Shown here in pieces: positions 52,435-64,000 of a stretch of 64,000 bases of DNA. The notes beneath the pieces are model-generated. The model had not been told where the DNA came from and did no database searches. It saw only the letters and a program-made list of their open reading frames with translations. The DNA lies in NCBI RefSeq assembly GCF_039654945.1, contig NW_027361684.1:87420001-87484000 (forward strand), in the 5' to 3' direction. Each line of letters opens with the position of its first letter. Within the stretch, counting starts at the first letter, position 1. The translations under genes and the position numbers were made by a program. The DNA comes from Dendrobates tinctorius. Taxonomy: Eukaryota.

Positions 52435-53207
52435 TGTTACAGGCTATAAAGTGAACACAAATCACATCCCCAACACAGACTACACAACTCATCAAGTCCC
52501 GCAGTAATAAATCCCCTACTGTCAGGTAATCAAGAAGAGCCACAAACTCTCTGAAAGGTTATGGATTCTTTAGAGCATAGAAGGTCCAGATTTAAAGTTT
52601 TTAAGCTTGAATATAAAAAATACAGTGCTTTCAAGAAAATATATAACAACTAAAAATAAAATGGCATACAATTATGTAAAACAGTTATAAAATAAAAAGT
52701 GAGAAATAGCAGAAAATACCTAGTTGCCCTTCTGCTTCCTTGGGGGGAGGAGAAAATGAAATACAGATCATAACCAGCATAGGTAGGCCCACACATGTGA
52801 ACAACTTTGTTTTGTGCAACCCAGCTTTTATATGATTGATCTTGGTTTGGGGTTTCTAGGATGGCCTGGATTGGACTATTTAAAAATTGCTGTTGGTGAC
52901 TAGACAGTGGGCCAGTTTAGGGACCAGAGCCTTACATTTCAAATATCCTGTGACTCTAGCTACTCCCTCCATACAGTACTTTTGAAATATTCAGCTTGCT
53001 TATGGAATAATAATAATAATAATAATAATAACTATCTGTGTCCCTTTGAAGCTCAGACTTACCAGTGGGGTGTCAGGATTGTCCCCTCTGTAAGAAGACC
53101 CCTTTGTTTTGAGTTCTTGCAATACTGGTAAATCCAGTTTGTCCATTTGGTGTAGGAGCAGTTTGCTGATGGCAGACTCAACTCCATACAAAGACATCTC
53201 CCTTACA
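52435..53207 (-). mobile_element. Possible solo LTR
   Basis: tgttac...cttaca ends; no TSD found. Confidence 0.35.
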
Positions 53208-54334
53208 AAAAGTTAGGAGAAAAATGATTTTACCTTCAGACCACCCCTTTAATAGGATGCCATGTACACTAGATCTGAAAAATGGCTTAACATTGGATGG
53301 GCGCGTCCCTAGATGGGGCGTGACTTCGCACAATACAAGTTTATTGTATGTGCGATATGCATACGGGAGTTTGCATATCGCATATATTACCACCATTCCT
53401 GGCTCAGAAACTGGCAAATCCTCGCAGCACACAGCGTGAGCTCTGGGGAGATTCATAAGTCTGTAGTCACACAGAAGGACTGCAGACTTATCAATTTAGA
53501 CCAGACAACCCCTTTAAAACAATGTCAAAATTATACTGACACTTTTCAAGTTGAGAAAGGTTTGCATAATATACTTGCTAACATACCTCCAAGTGGAATA
53601 AAAATAGTGAATCCTTACATGTTATTTAAGGTGAGCAGTTCATACTTGTGACTCCCTTTGGAAGCTGATATTTTTTGCATGCTGTAACATTAATGTTTTT
53701 TTCCTTTTGGTTATGTGTTATATCCAACTGCTTGTTATTTCAAGTGTTTTTACTTCATTTTTTTCTAGACACGTAGACATTTAGTTACACATTTGTTGCT
53801 GATTGTGTGTGTAATAGAAACAGGGCTGGACTGGGACTAAAATTCAGCCCTGGCATTTGAAGTTACACAGGCCCACTAGTCACATGGTGACTATATAATA
53901 TCTTTGTACACTTGTAGGTTACAAGAAGTGAGAGGAGATTAACACAACTATATAACATGTAGTCAGAGCTGTGCCCAGTATTTCAGCTCAGTCCTATTTA
54001 TTGCTTTTAGGTACAGTACTCCTCCCAAAGCTCTGTCCCCTTTTGTACGCACGGTACCAGAATTCCTGGCAGAACTGCTATCCATTGGGCAACCAGACCC
54101 CCTGGTCATAGCTGCCCCTATCATACCTCCCAACTTTTGAAGAAGGGAAAGAAGGACAAAGACTGCGGCGCGCGCAGCGCGCCGCTGCAAATTTGGGCCA
54201 CGCCCCGGCCACATCCATTTTGCAACTAGACACACCCATGTCCACGCCTAATCGCACCCATTTAGCACTGCTGATCACACTGACTGGTACTGAGGGCACA
54301 GTGGCTGGCATTATGGGCACACTGACTGGCACTA

Positions 54335-54664
54335 AGAAAGAGAGAAAACAGAGAGAGAGAGAAAAAAGAGAGAAAGAAAGGAGAGCGAGAGAGAAAGAAA
54401 GAACAGAGAGAGAAAGAAAGAGGGGAAAGAAAGAAAGAACAGAGAGAGAGAGAAAGAGGGGAAAGAAAGAAAGAAGTAAAGAAAAGAAAGAACAGAGAGA
54501 AAGAAAGAGAGGAAAGAAAGAGGGGAAAGAAAAAAGAAAGATTAGAGAGAGAAAGAAAGAACAGAGAGAGAGAAAGAAAATGAGGGAAAGACAGAACAGA
54601 GAATGAAAAAGAAAGAACAGAGAAAGAAAGAAAAAGAGAGAAAGAAATAAAGAAATAAAGAAAG
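54335..54664. repeat. Purine-only GA/GAAA low-complexity tract
   Basis: Directly visible. Confidence 0.95.
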
Positions 54665-54704
54665 ATTCTATAAAGATACCATAGCAGCCAAGCTCCCATT
54701 GTAG

Positions 54705-54872
54705 TGCCCACCTGAGCCTCTCGGTGCAGGACATATCATGATCCGCTCACATGGCCGGCATCCCCAATTCCAAGGCGATCCTGCTGTCTGCGCTGTTGGA
54801 GGAGGACACGGTGATGGATCTGAAGCATTCCTGGTTCCGTCACAATCTCCTCAAGAAATTATCTAATTTCCG
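54705..54872 (+). pseudogene. Exon-like fragment (168 bp, phase 2-2) inside the hAT-like element
   Basis: gtag|...|gtgagc; AHLSLSVQDIS*SAHMAGIPNSKAILLSALLEEDTVMDLKHSWFRHNLLKKLSNF; GC-rich third codon positions. Confidence 0.55.
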
Positions 54873-54984
54873 GTGAGCTTCCAGCACATCACTTCAGGTG
54901 GATCGTCATGTGTGTGTTTTAAAATGCTCCTTGGGGCTCCGCCATGTACTCATGTGTCCGTGGGAAAAGTCCGCTTTGCATGCT

Positions 54985-55510
54985 TCGTACACACTTGACT
55001 CCGCTCCGTACATCCCGTACACATATGGCTCCACTCCGTACACACACGGCTCCGCTCCATATACCCCATACACACAGTACACACACTGCTCCACTCCGTA
55101 CACCTCGTACACGCGTGGTTCCGCTCCGTACACCTCGTACATGGGCGGCTCCGCTCCGTACACCTCGTACACGGGCGGCTCCGCTCCGTACACCTCATAC
55201 ACGTGGCTTCGCTCCGTACACCTCGTACACGCGCGGCTCCGCTCCGTACACCTCGTACACGCGCGGCTCCGCTCCGTACACCTCGTACACGCGCGGCTCC
55301 ACTCTGTACACCTCGTACACGCGCGGCTCCTCTCCGTACACCTCATACTCGCGTGGCTCCGCTCCGTACACCTCGTACTCGCGCGGCTCTGCTCCGTACA
55401 CCTCGTACTCGCGCGGCTCCGCTCCGTACACCTCGTACTTGCGCGGCTCCGCTCCGTACACCTCGTACTCGCGCGGCTCCGCTCCGTACACCTCGTACTC
55501 GCGCGGCTCC
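54985..55510. repeat. 30-bp CpG-rich minisatellite (second block at 56187-56355)
   Basis: Unit cgtacacctcgtacacgcgcggctccgctc. Confidence 0.95.
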
Positions 55511-57273
55511 TGAGCTGCCCCTTGCCTCTATTAGTGGAGGCCATCTGCATCCTGCTATATGTGCATTTGTCATCACACAAGGTTCTGGTAAGGCCATATC
55601 TTGTGTGAGTGTTTTTGAATTTTTTCTATGTTAGCTGTTTTGATATTAGTGTTAGGGACCTGCAATATCATGAGGAGCCTTGACGTTGGCTTGCAGGCTA
55701 TATCTATTTTGGCCAAAATATTAACCAATACCTCATTTAATGTACTCATTGTATGCATTAATTTTTTTGCACTTACATCATTTTTTGCAGGATGCAGTCT
55801 GGCCTCTTTTTTTGGCTTGGTCTATTTGGGCGTCTGTCACTGTGTGTTGCATATTTTAGTGCTGTAGCAGCCCGCCTGCTAATACTATGGGCGTCATTAA
55901 TAGGTTGCAAGCCAGACACTTTGCATCACACTTATATATGTGTGACTGACGTCCTATGCAAGCCTTATCTATGTGCATTTTTCCTACTAGGCAGCCAACC
56001 CCTTCATGGTTTGTAAGGTGTGGGGTGGCTGATTTTATCAGTAGTTTGCACCTGAGCTGCCCCTTACCTCTATTAGTGGAGGACAGCTGCATCCTGCTAT
56101 ATGTGCATTTGTCATCAGACAAGGTTCTGGTAAGGCCATATCTTGTTGTGAGTTTTTTGAATTTTTTCTATGTTAGCTGTTCTGTTCGTACACCTCATAC
56201 ACACACGGCTCCGCTCCATACACCTCGTACACACACGGCTCCGCTCCGTACACCTCGTACACACACGGCTCCGCTCCGTACACCTCGTACACACACGGCT
56301 CCGCTCCGTACACCTCGTACACACATGGCTCCACTCCGTACACCTCATACACACCCAGGTCTGCTACATCTACCCTGTAAACCCCTCCTGACCCCACACA
56401 TACTTACCTCATCCAGCACCATGACAACAGCACAGCAGAGTCTTGCAGACACCAAGAGGCAAGGCTGAGCGCACAGGACCTGTGATGAGGTCACAGGAGG
56501 GGCAGAGTCAGGGGTCACATGATCAGGGGTCTGGACAAAGGCTCCTGATCATGTGACCCCTGACTCCTCCCCTCCTGTGACCTCATCACAGGTCCTGTGA
56601 ACAGAGAAGAGAGCAGGCATGCGATGCTGTGAGTGGCTGTGGGGGGAGGTCTCATGCTATGGTGAGGATGGGGTGCGTGGGGGGGGGCGTGGCGGCTTAT
56701 CTCCCTGCAGTGCGGGAGGGTTTGAAACTAACCGCCGTGCCCGCAGTGGGCCGGTGGCAGGAGCAACAGCCATGCCAGTGGCTGCATCAGCTGGCAAGCG
56801 GCCAGATGAGCAGGCGCTGCCGCCCGTGGCCCACATGACAGCGGCCCAGTGGGAAAATGCCCGGTTGGTTATATTACCAATCCGGGCCTGAATAGAAAGT
56901 TATACCATGAGAGGAAAAAGAGCCAATGGTGTCTTAGAAAAAGTAATACATTTTTATTTATTAAAAAGATTTTTCATAGTATGCAAATATATAGTTAATA
57001 CACAGATACCAGTTAGAGTGCAGAGAAGGAGACTACCCCCAAGTGCCACAGTACCTCTCAAATAGATTGAAAACCTGGCGCATGATTGCTACCAGAAAAG
57101 TAAGCCAGAGAAAGCAAAAATAGTGTTAAGTAAAGAGGAGATTCCAATAGGAATAGCGCTGAGCGCACCAAGCGTTCAGTAATGTCAAGTGAGGCAGGCG
57201 CTCAGTGAACCATAAAGCAAACTGTTAGGCTTACCAGAGAGGGACTGCGGACACCGGGAGGAGGGTGTGAGGC

Positions 57274-57321
57274 TCCCCGATGCGCGTTTCGCGGCCACGC
57301 AGAGCCGCTTTCTCAAGGGGA
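57274..57321 (-). ncRNA. Minimal type I hammerhead ribozyme, U3-A8 core variant
   Basis: UCCCC-UUGAGAA-A-GCGGC(ucugcgug)GCCGC-GAAA-CGCGCA-UC^GGGGA; the stem III G>A is probably CpG decay. Confidence 0.85.
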
Positions 57322-58085
57322 AGTAAAGAAGGGTCCAAACAGGACCTTCAAATAACCCCGTGAACTTGGTCACATGGTTGTATGTGACCAATGGCGGTGA
57401 ACTGAGCGGCGCATGCACGGTGTGCCAAGGGCGCCCTGCATGCATCAAAGGCGTCACGTGCACAGCATCCACCACAGGGATTAACCCCATGTGTGGCGCA
57501 AGCAACGTAGAGACGTCCCGATGCAGACAGAGCCCCGAGGAAACATCGCCATGTGCACCGTCACCGTCATGTAATGGGGACATATAATAAAAAGTTATGT
57601 ATAAAGGAAAGGAAGAGAGAAAAAAGGGAGGGAGGAAAAGATATATATATATATATATATAAGCTCATATTAAATGCAGCATTAAACACATAAGAATCAG
57701 TGATACATTATGAATAGCAGCAATGCATATATAATGCAAATTACATCATGCAGAGCAATCACAAAATTCAGAGCTAATACAAATGTAGCAATAATTCCAC
57801 AAGAAGAAAATCACAAATGAATTGTCTATGTCCTCCGTACAACAGAATCCGAAGTCCTTTCTTTATGAGTAGTTGGTTCAAGGTCCCACCAGGGCTAGAT
57901 GAATGGAAGTGAAGAAGCATCAACAAATTCACTGGTAATAGAAAAAATAATGAAATAAGAACAAGTTAAAAACCATATAAGCTAAAAACGCACACACTCA
58001 TCCTCCAAAATAGGGGTAGAGTGGTGTAGGTAGGACAAGCAGGAGGAATGTAAAAGACGCCTCAAAAATGGATGAAATATGCTTT

Positions 58086-59823
58086 TTATAAGAATGTAGC
58101 AAAGCTTAGGGATTCATTCAGTCCTTTAGGTGCAACTGTGTCAAGAAGCACAATCCACCTAGCTTCAATTTGGGCGAGAAGTTTTTTGTCATCTTCGCCC
58201 CTGATCCCAAGGTGGAGAGCCTCAATCCCCCTAACACTCAGTAATTTAGCTTCACAATTGTGATAAGCCCTAAAGTGCCGAGGGATCACCTTCAGTTCTC
58301 CAACATCAGTCACTGTTCTGGCTGCGCCAATGTCCCGCACATGCTCCCGGACCGTAACCCGGAGCTCTCTGGTAGTGAGACCAACGTAAATCCTGGGACA
58401 CGGACAGGTAGCATAATATATAACATTGGTAGTCCCACAGGAGATATGCTGTCTGATGGAAAAATCTCTGGAGCCATCCTCCGAGGAGAACGTGGAGCAG
58501 CGCAAGACATTGGCACAAGCCAGACAATGACCGCATGGAAAAGAGCCGACCTGTGGGGTATGCATTCCCAGAAAATTATTAGGAGCCGGAATATAATGGC
58601 TTTTTACTAGGAGATCCCCACGATTTTTAGATCTCCTAGATGTCATACTGGGAAAAGTGCCTAAAGCAGACCCGAGAGTTGGATCAGATTCCAGGATGGG
58701 CAAGTGCTTTTTAAGGATAGTACGCATACTCTCCCACTCATGGTTAAAGGTGGAAATAAACCTTATAGGGCCTTCAGTGTCCACCCTGATACCTCTTTTT
58801 TTGGAGTTCAAAAGGTAGTTACGAGAGGTTTTTCTTGCTCGGTCGAACCCAGTTTTCACACACTTGCGGCTGTAGCCGCGTGCGTGAAATCGATCTTTGA
58901 GGTCCGAGGCCTGTGCCTCAAATCTGATGTCTGTAGAGCAGATTCGTCTCATCCTTAGGAACTGTCCGACCGGGACAGCCCTGATGGTGGCCGGATCATG
59001 TGCTGAGGATGCATGAAGCAACGAATTGACTGATGTTGGTTTTCTGAAGACATCCGTCTGGGTACGCCGGTCGGTGGCGACCTCCAGACGAACGTCCAGA
59101 AAATCAATCGTAGATTCATTGAAAGTATATATAAGTCGTATATTAAAATTATTTTCATTAAGCATCCTCATGAAGTCCTCAAGTCCGTGTAACCCCCCAT
59201 CCCACAACAACAATATGTCATCAATATAGCGATACCAGCACAGAACATGGGAAGCGGCCTGCGGGCCCCCGTTGCCAAAAACGAATCTCTCCCAGGCCCA
59301 CAGGAAGAGATTAGCGTACGAGGGCGCACAGGCCACGCCCATGGCTGTGCCGCGCTTCTGTAAGTAAAAACGTCCTTGAAGACAAAGAAGTTGTGGGTGA
59401 GGATGTAACGCACCAGCTCCATGATCAGCTCACACAGAGGGCTGTCCAGGCTGGAGGCCCCCAAGAAGAGACGAACCACTTCCAGACCCTGGGAATGATC
59501 GATGCAAGTATATAAGCTCTCGACATCAGATGTAACCAAAAGGACATGGGGTCCACAAGGACGCCGTCGACCCGTGACAGGACGTCCGTCGTGTCACGGA
59601 TATAGGAAGGTAGAGTCTCTACCAAGGGTTTGCGATAATAGTCAATAAATTGACATGTAATATCACAAATACCTCCTATACCTGACACGATAGGACGCCC
59701 TGGTGGGTCAAGGGCGTCCTTGTGGATTTTTGGTAGTAAGTAAAATGTTGGGGCTCTGGGGGACCTGACCATAAGGCCATCAAAGACCTTCTTAGTAATT
59801 ATGTTATTATTCACAGCCTTCAT
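58086..59823 (-). pseudogene. Penelope-like RT + GIY-YIG with two frameshifts
   Basis: FYLLPKIHK..PPGRPIVSG / DVESLYTCI / MGVACAPSYANLF, RYIDDI, CGHCLAC, VIYYATCPCPRIYVGLTTR..REH, PKGLN. Confidence 0.95.
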
Positions 59824-60636
59824 CAGAATAGAAAGTTACAATATTATTATATTTGAAGCCTAAAAAATATTTATTTAGTTGGGCAAACATATTTCCTTAC
59901 TACAGTGGTCTCAAATCAGCTGGGTAAATGGGCCACACATAGTAAAAATTTGAATTTGACAGGCCACATAAGATGATGCTTTCAGTGATACCATTTTTGT
60001 TGTATATTACTTTTTGATCATTTTGTACCACTTTTGCCTTTTTTATGTTGTTTATCACATGAGTCATGGTACAAGTTTTCTTTTTTACTTCAGTTTCTAC
60101 ATAAACATCATTTTTTGTGGCAAAACATTCTTATTCTGAATTTCCTTTTAATTTATATTTAGGGAAGAGCGAACTCAACAAAGTGTCAGTTACCGAATCG
60201 TGAACACAAACTTTTTACTGTATGTCTGGTTTCCTGTTCGGGTTTGCCAGTCTAATAAAGCATGTTGAAAGGCTGCAACTCAGTCAATCAAAATGCTTTT
60301 AGACTGTGGGCACTTCCGTAGCCATCACAGCAGTGACTAGTATTGGCATGGCTGTGGTTGGCTGGCGCAGCCCATGACCTGGCCTGTTTAATGGATCACG
60401 AGTGCCGCCACCATTGTGCTCTCACTAGTGTAGGGATAGAACACAGCTGGAGTGAGGGACAGATTGAGACTGTGCACTCTGCATAAAAAATGCTGTGTTT
60501 ATTCTGCACCCCCTAACCATGGTAGTATTGTAATTTAAGCCGCTGTGTTTACTCTGCCAACCCATATGTGAGACCTGTGCTAAAATCCACTATGTGTGCT
60601 CTGCACCTCCTTGGCTGTGGTAGCACTGTCCTTTAA

Positions 60637-61751
60637 AGGGAACCTGTCACCTCCCTGGGCGTTGTTAACTAAAAGAGCAACCTTCAGCAGCACTAAGGCT
60701 GCATTTTGTGAAGGTGGCTCTTCCGTTTCTGACCCCCAGTAACACCGAAATATTAACTTTTATAGCTAGGTCCTCATACCTGTAATGTGTGCCTTAGGTA
60801 TGGTGTGTCCCCTTGAAGCAGTCGCCTCCCCGCCGTCAATCATGTCTCTGTAGTGTCTGGGCCCCGCCTCCCATAGCTGTCCATCATGCCCCTGTGCTGC
60901 CATCTGTGCCCCGCCTCCCATAGCCGTCCATCATGCCCCTGCTCTGCCGTCTGTGCCCTGCCTCCCATAGCCGTCCATCATGCCCCTGCTCTGCCGTCTG
61001 TGCCCTGCCTCCCATAGCCGTCCATTATGCCCCTGCTCTGCCATGCCCCACCTCCCATAGCCGTCCATCATGCACCTGCTCTGCTTCTGTTCCCCGCCTA
61101 CTTCTGTCTCCTATGCCGGTGCCTGCTCTGTGAAAACAGTTCTCGGGCATGCGCAGTGTGCGCTGCCCATGAACTGACATCAGGCTATCACACCTGCATG
61201 TTGTGGAGGCCCCAGATTCCCAGCCCTGCAGTGTGAATACATCATAACACACACACTGCGGGGCAGGATCTGGGGCCTCCACAACATGCAGGCGTGATCG
61301 CCTGATGTCAGTTCACGAGCAGCGCGCACTGCGCATGCCCGAGAACTGTTTTCACAGAGCAGGTGCCGGCATAGGAGACAGAAGGAGGCGGGGAACAGAA
61401 GTAGAGCAGGTGCATGATGGACGGCTATGGGAGGCGGAGCACAGATGGCAGAGCAGGGGCGTGATAGATGGCTATGGGAGGCGGGGCACAGACGACAGAG
61501 CAGGGGCATGATGGACGGCTATGGGAGGCGGGGCCCAGATGCTACTGAGACATGATTGATGGCGGGGAGGCGGCTGCTTCATGGGGACACACCATACCTA
61601 TGGGACGCATTACAGGTTTGAGGACCTATTTATAAAAGTTAATATATCGGCGTTACTGGGGGTCAGAAACGGAAGAACCACATTCACAGAATGCAGCCTT
61701 AGTGCTGGCTCTTTTAGTTAAAAATGCCCAAGGGGGGTTGACAGGTTCCCT
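60637..61751. mobile_element. 1.1-kb fully palindromic TTAA (T2/Kolobok-type) MITE with 46-bp internal repeats
   Basis: ttaa|agggaacctgtca...tgacaggttccct|ttaa; mirror centre near 61240. Confidence 0.88.
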
Positions 61752-62445
61752 TTAAGCCACTGTGTGTACTCTGCACCCTTCCGACTATGTGAGTACTATC
61801 CATAAAGCCGTTGTGTGCATTCTGCACCCAATGCCCGTGGGAGTACTGTCCTTTAAGCCGCTGTGTGTTTTCTAGTAGTCTGAGAAATAAGTAATTGGAA
61901 TCAGCTGTCTCATTGCCATTAGTAGTCCAAAGAAAGAATTTTTCTGGACCACTGTGTGTTTTCTAGTAGTTTTGCAGAGAAATATATCACATCAACCCTG
62001 CCCTAATACTTGATTAGGAACTATAAATGGCAAGACACTTATATTTTTAAGCAAGTTATGTCTCCAAAATGGGTAATCTGTGGGCAATACATGAATGGCA
62101 AAAGGGCAGAGACCAAATGGCCACACCATGGCTCATTGTTTAGCTCATGCCTTGCACCACTGGGTCATTACTTAAAAAATAAAAAGCATCATCATCATGA
62201 GGTTCACATGCCCAAGGACCCCCAAAATTACTGATAGTTTAATCTAACATATTTTGTCCATCTGGCATTATAGGCAATAACAACGCAAGTAAACTAAGCA
62301 AGCAGCAAATTTCTTGTGTCAAAGGTGACGTTGCCCAAAGCATAATGTCATGTCTGGAGTGTTGCACTGAAAACACAAACCAGCAGAGAACATTAGTGCT
62401 GGAGAGTGCTAGATTAGTCTTTATTTTAAAACATAAGAACTTTTA

Positions 62446-62747
62446 GGGCATATTTCCACAGTCATGATTCCTTCAGGATTTACTGCAGATTGGACGCTGT
62501 GTACAGCCGCAGCGTCCAATCTGCAGCGTCCAGATGTTACAGCATAGTGGAGGGGTAATTTTATGAAATCTCATCTCCACTATGCGTTCAAAGACACAGA
62601 TGGCAGACCTGCGCAACCAGACATGCGGCGCGTCTTTATAGAACACATGCGGTATCACGTCACATACAACAGGGGGCAGCGCTTTGGGCCAAGCCGGGTT
62701 TCCGCTGTGTCCAAAGCGCTGCATATCCAGTCCGTGGACACATACCC
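62446..62747. mobile_element. Harbinger-type MITE
   Basis: tta|gggcatatttccac...gtggacacataccc|tca. Confidence 0.6.
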
Positions 62748-62898
62748 TCAATTTTATTTTACATTTTCCACTAGTTGTATCTCATTTTTCACTATAGGAA
62801 ACTCCTATAAGGAATTACTCAGATGAACTACGGTTACTTACGCTATCCAATCTTCTTTTATGTTGTTTCACATATCCTATGGGAAGCCCATCTATTAA

Positions 62899-64000
62899 CC
62901 CCTTTCTGACATCAGACGTACTATCCCGTCCATGGGACCCGGGCCCTTATCCCCATGGACGGGATAGTACGTCTAGCGTGATCAGCTGCGCTCACGGGAG
63001 GAGCGCAGCTGATCGCGGCCGGGTGTCAGCTGATTATCACAGCTGACAGCCAGCATTATGTGTCAGGGGCGGTCACGGACCACCCCCGACACATTAACCC
63101 CTTGCACACCGCGATCAAACACGGTCGCGGTGTACCAGGAGTTAAAGGGAAGCATCGGCAGGGAGGGGCTCCCTCCGTGCTTCCCTGAGCCCCCCACAGC
63201 AGCGCAATGTGCAGCGCTGCTGCGGGGGGCTCCATCCCTGCAGGTCCCCGAATCCAAGATGGCGACGGGGACCTTCGGGGGCCTGCAGGGAGTTGACTTC
63301 CTCAGTGCCTGCAAAGCGCAGGTATGAGGAAGTCTGCATCTATGCCTGTGACAGATCGCTGATCTGCCACAGTGATCTGTGACAGATCAGCAGTCTGTCA
63401 CAAGACAGTGATGTCCCCCCTGGGACAACCTAATAAAGTTAAAAAAAAAAAGTATAAAAATAATTTTAAAAAAATCGCTAAATAAATTAAAAAAAATATA
63501 TATTCCCGAATAAATTCATTTTTTGGAAATAAAAAAAACAATAAAAATAAACATATTTGGTATCGCCGCGTCCGTAACGACCCGCCCTATAAAACTGTTC
63601 CATTAGTTAACCCCTTTAGCGAACCCCTTAAAAAATAAAAAACGAAGCAAAAAATAATGACTTATTATCATACCGCCGAGCAAAAAGTGCAATAACGCGC
63701 GATCAAAAAGACGCATATAAATATCCATGGTACCGCTGAAAACGTCATCTTGTCCCGCAAAAAATGAGTCATCATACAGCCTCATCAGCAAAAAAATTAT
63801 AAAGTTATAGCTCGCAGAATAAAGCGATGCAAAAATAATTATTTTTTATATAAAATTGTTTTCATTGCATAAAAGCGCCAAAACATAAAAAAAGACATAA
63901 ATGAGGTATCACTGTAACCGTACTGACCCGAAGAATAAAACCACCTTATCAATTTTATCGCACGCGGAACGGTGTAAACGCACCCCCCCAAAAGAAATTC
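62899..64000. mobile_element. TTAA-type non-autonomous element running off the window end
   Basis: ttaa|cccctttctgacatcagacgtactatcccgtccatg with internal palindromes; related to the 21960 and 28173 elements. Confidence 0.7.

Larger units (their letters stand above)
53821..56890. mobile_element. hAT-like non-autonomous element carrying captured sequence
   Basis: 8-bp TSD aatagaaa (53813-20, 56891-98); imperfect TIR cagggctggactgg / ccaatccgggcctg. Confidence 0.75.
56903..59826 (-). mobile_element. Second Penelope-like (Neptune-type) element, 5'-truncated, different family
   Basis: TSD aatagaaagtta (56891-902, 59827-38); RT + GIY-YIG; HHR in the pLTR. Confidence 0.93.

Noticed and set aside
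53062-53202. Minus-strand exon-like segment (EMSLYGVESAISKLL...)
   Set aside because: It lies within a probable solo LTR and has no partner exons; not supportable without a search.
53551-53630. Plus-strand exon candidate VEKGLHNILANIPP... with a gtgagc donor
   Set aside because: Weak acceptor and no recognisable protein.
54739-54741. In-frame TGA as selenocysteine
   Set aside because: CGA>TGA decay is simpler and no SECIS is evident.
54078-56468. Long ORFs of 130-236 aa
   Set aside because: They arise from the GA tract and the 30-bp satellite, which are open in many frames.

Overview
Eukaryotic, repeat-dense, almost non-coding window. The repeat repertoire (L1, CR1, Tc1, Helitrons, TTAA and TWA MITEs, Gypsy-type LTRs, minisatellites) suggests a frog genome (inference). 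The main signal is a dense set of Penelope-like (Neptune-type; RT + Cys-rich linker + GIY-YIG) retroelement insertions carrying minimal type I hammerhead ribozymes (HHRs). There are seven complete HHR motifs and one half-motif from about six sequence families. They sit in a 5.9-kb head-to-head inverted element inside an L1, a 2.9-kb element, and three tiny (190-800 bp) non-coding insertions, one of which is a palindrome of two back-to-back HHRs. Two HHRs have the compensatory U3-A8 core. All five bounded insertions have 12-14 bp TSDs starting with TA at the element 3' junction, and the three short ones end at the ribozyme 5' edge. Also present: a four-level nested transposon stack, a head-to-tail Helitron dimer, a Helitron with an inverted double 3' end, a hAT-like element carrying an apparently captured 168-bp exon, and one candidate host signal-peptide exon. 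All coordinates were read by eye; no searches were run.
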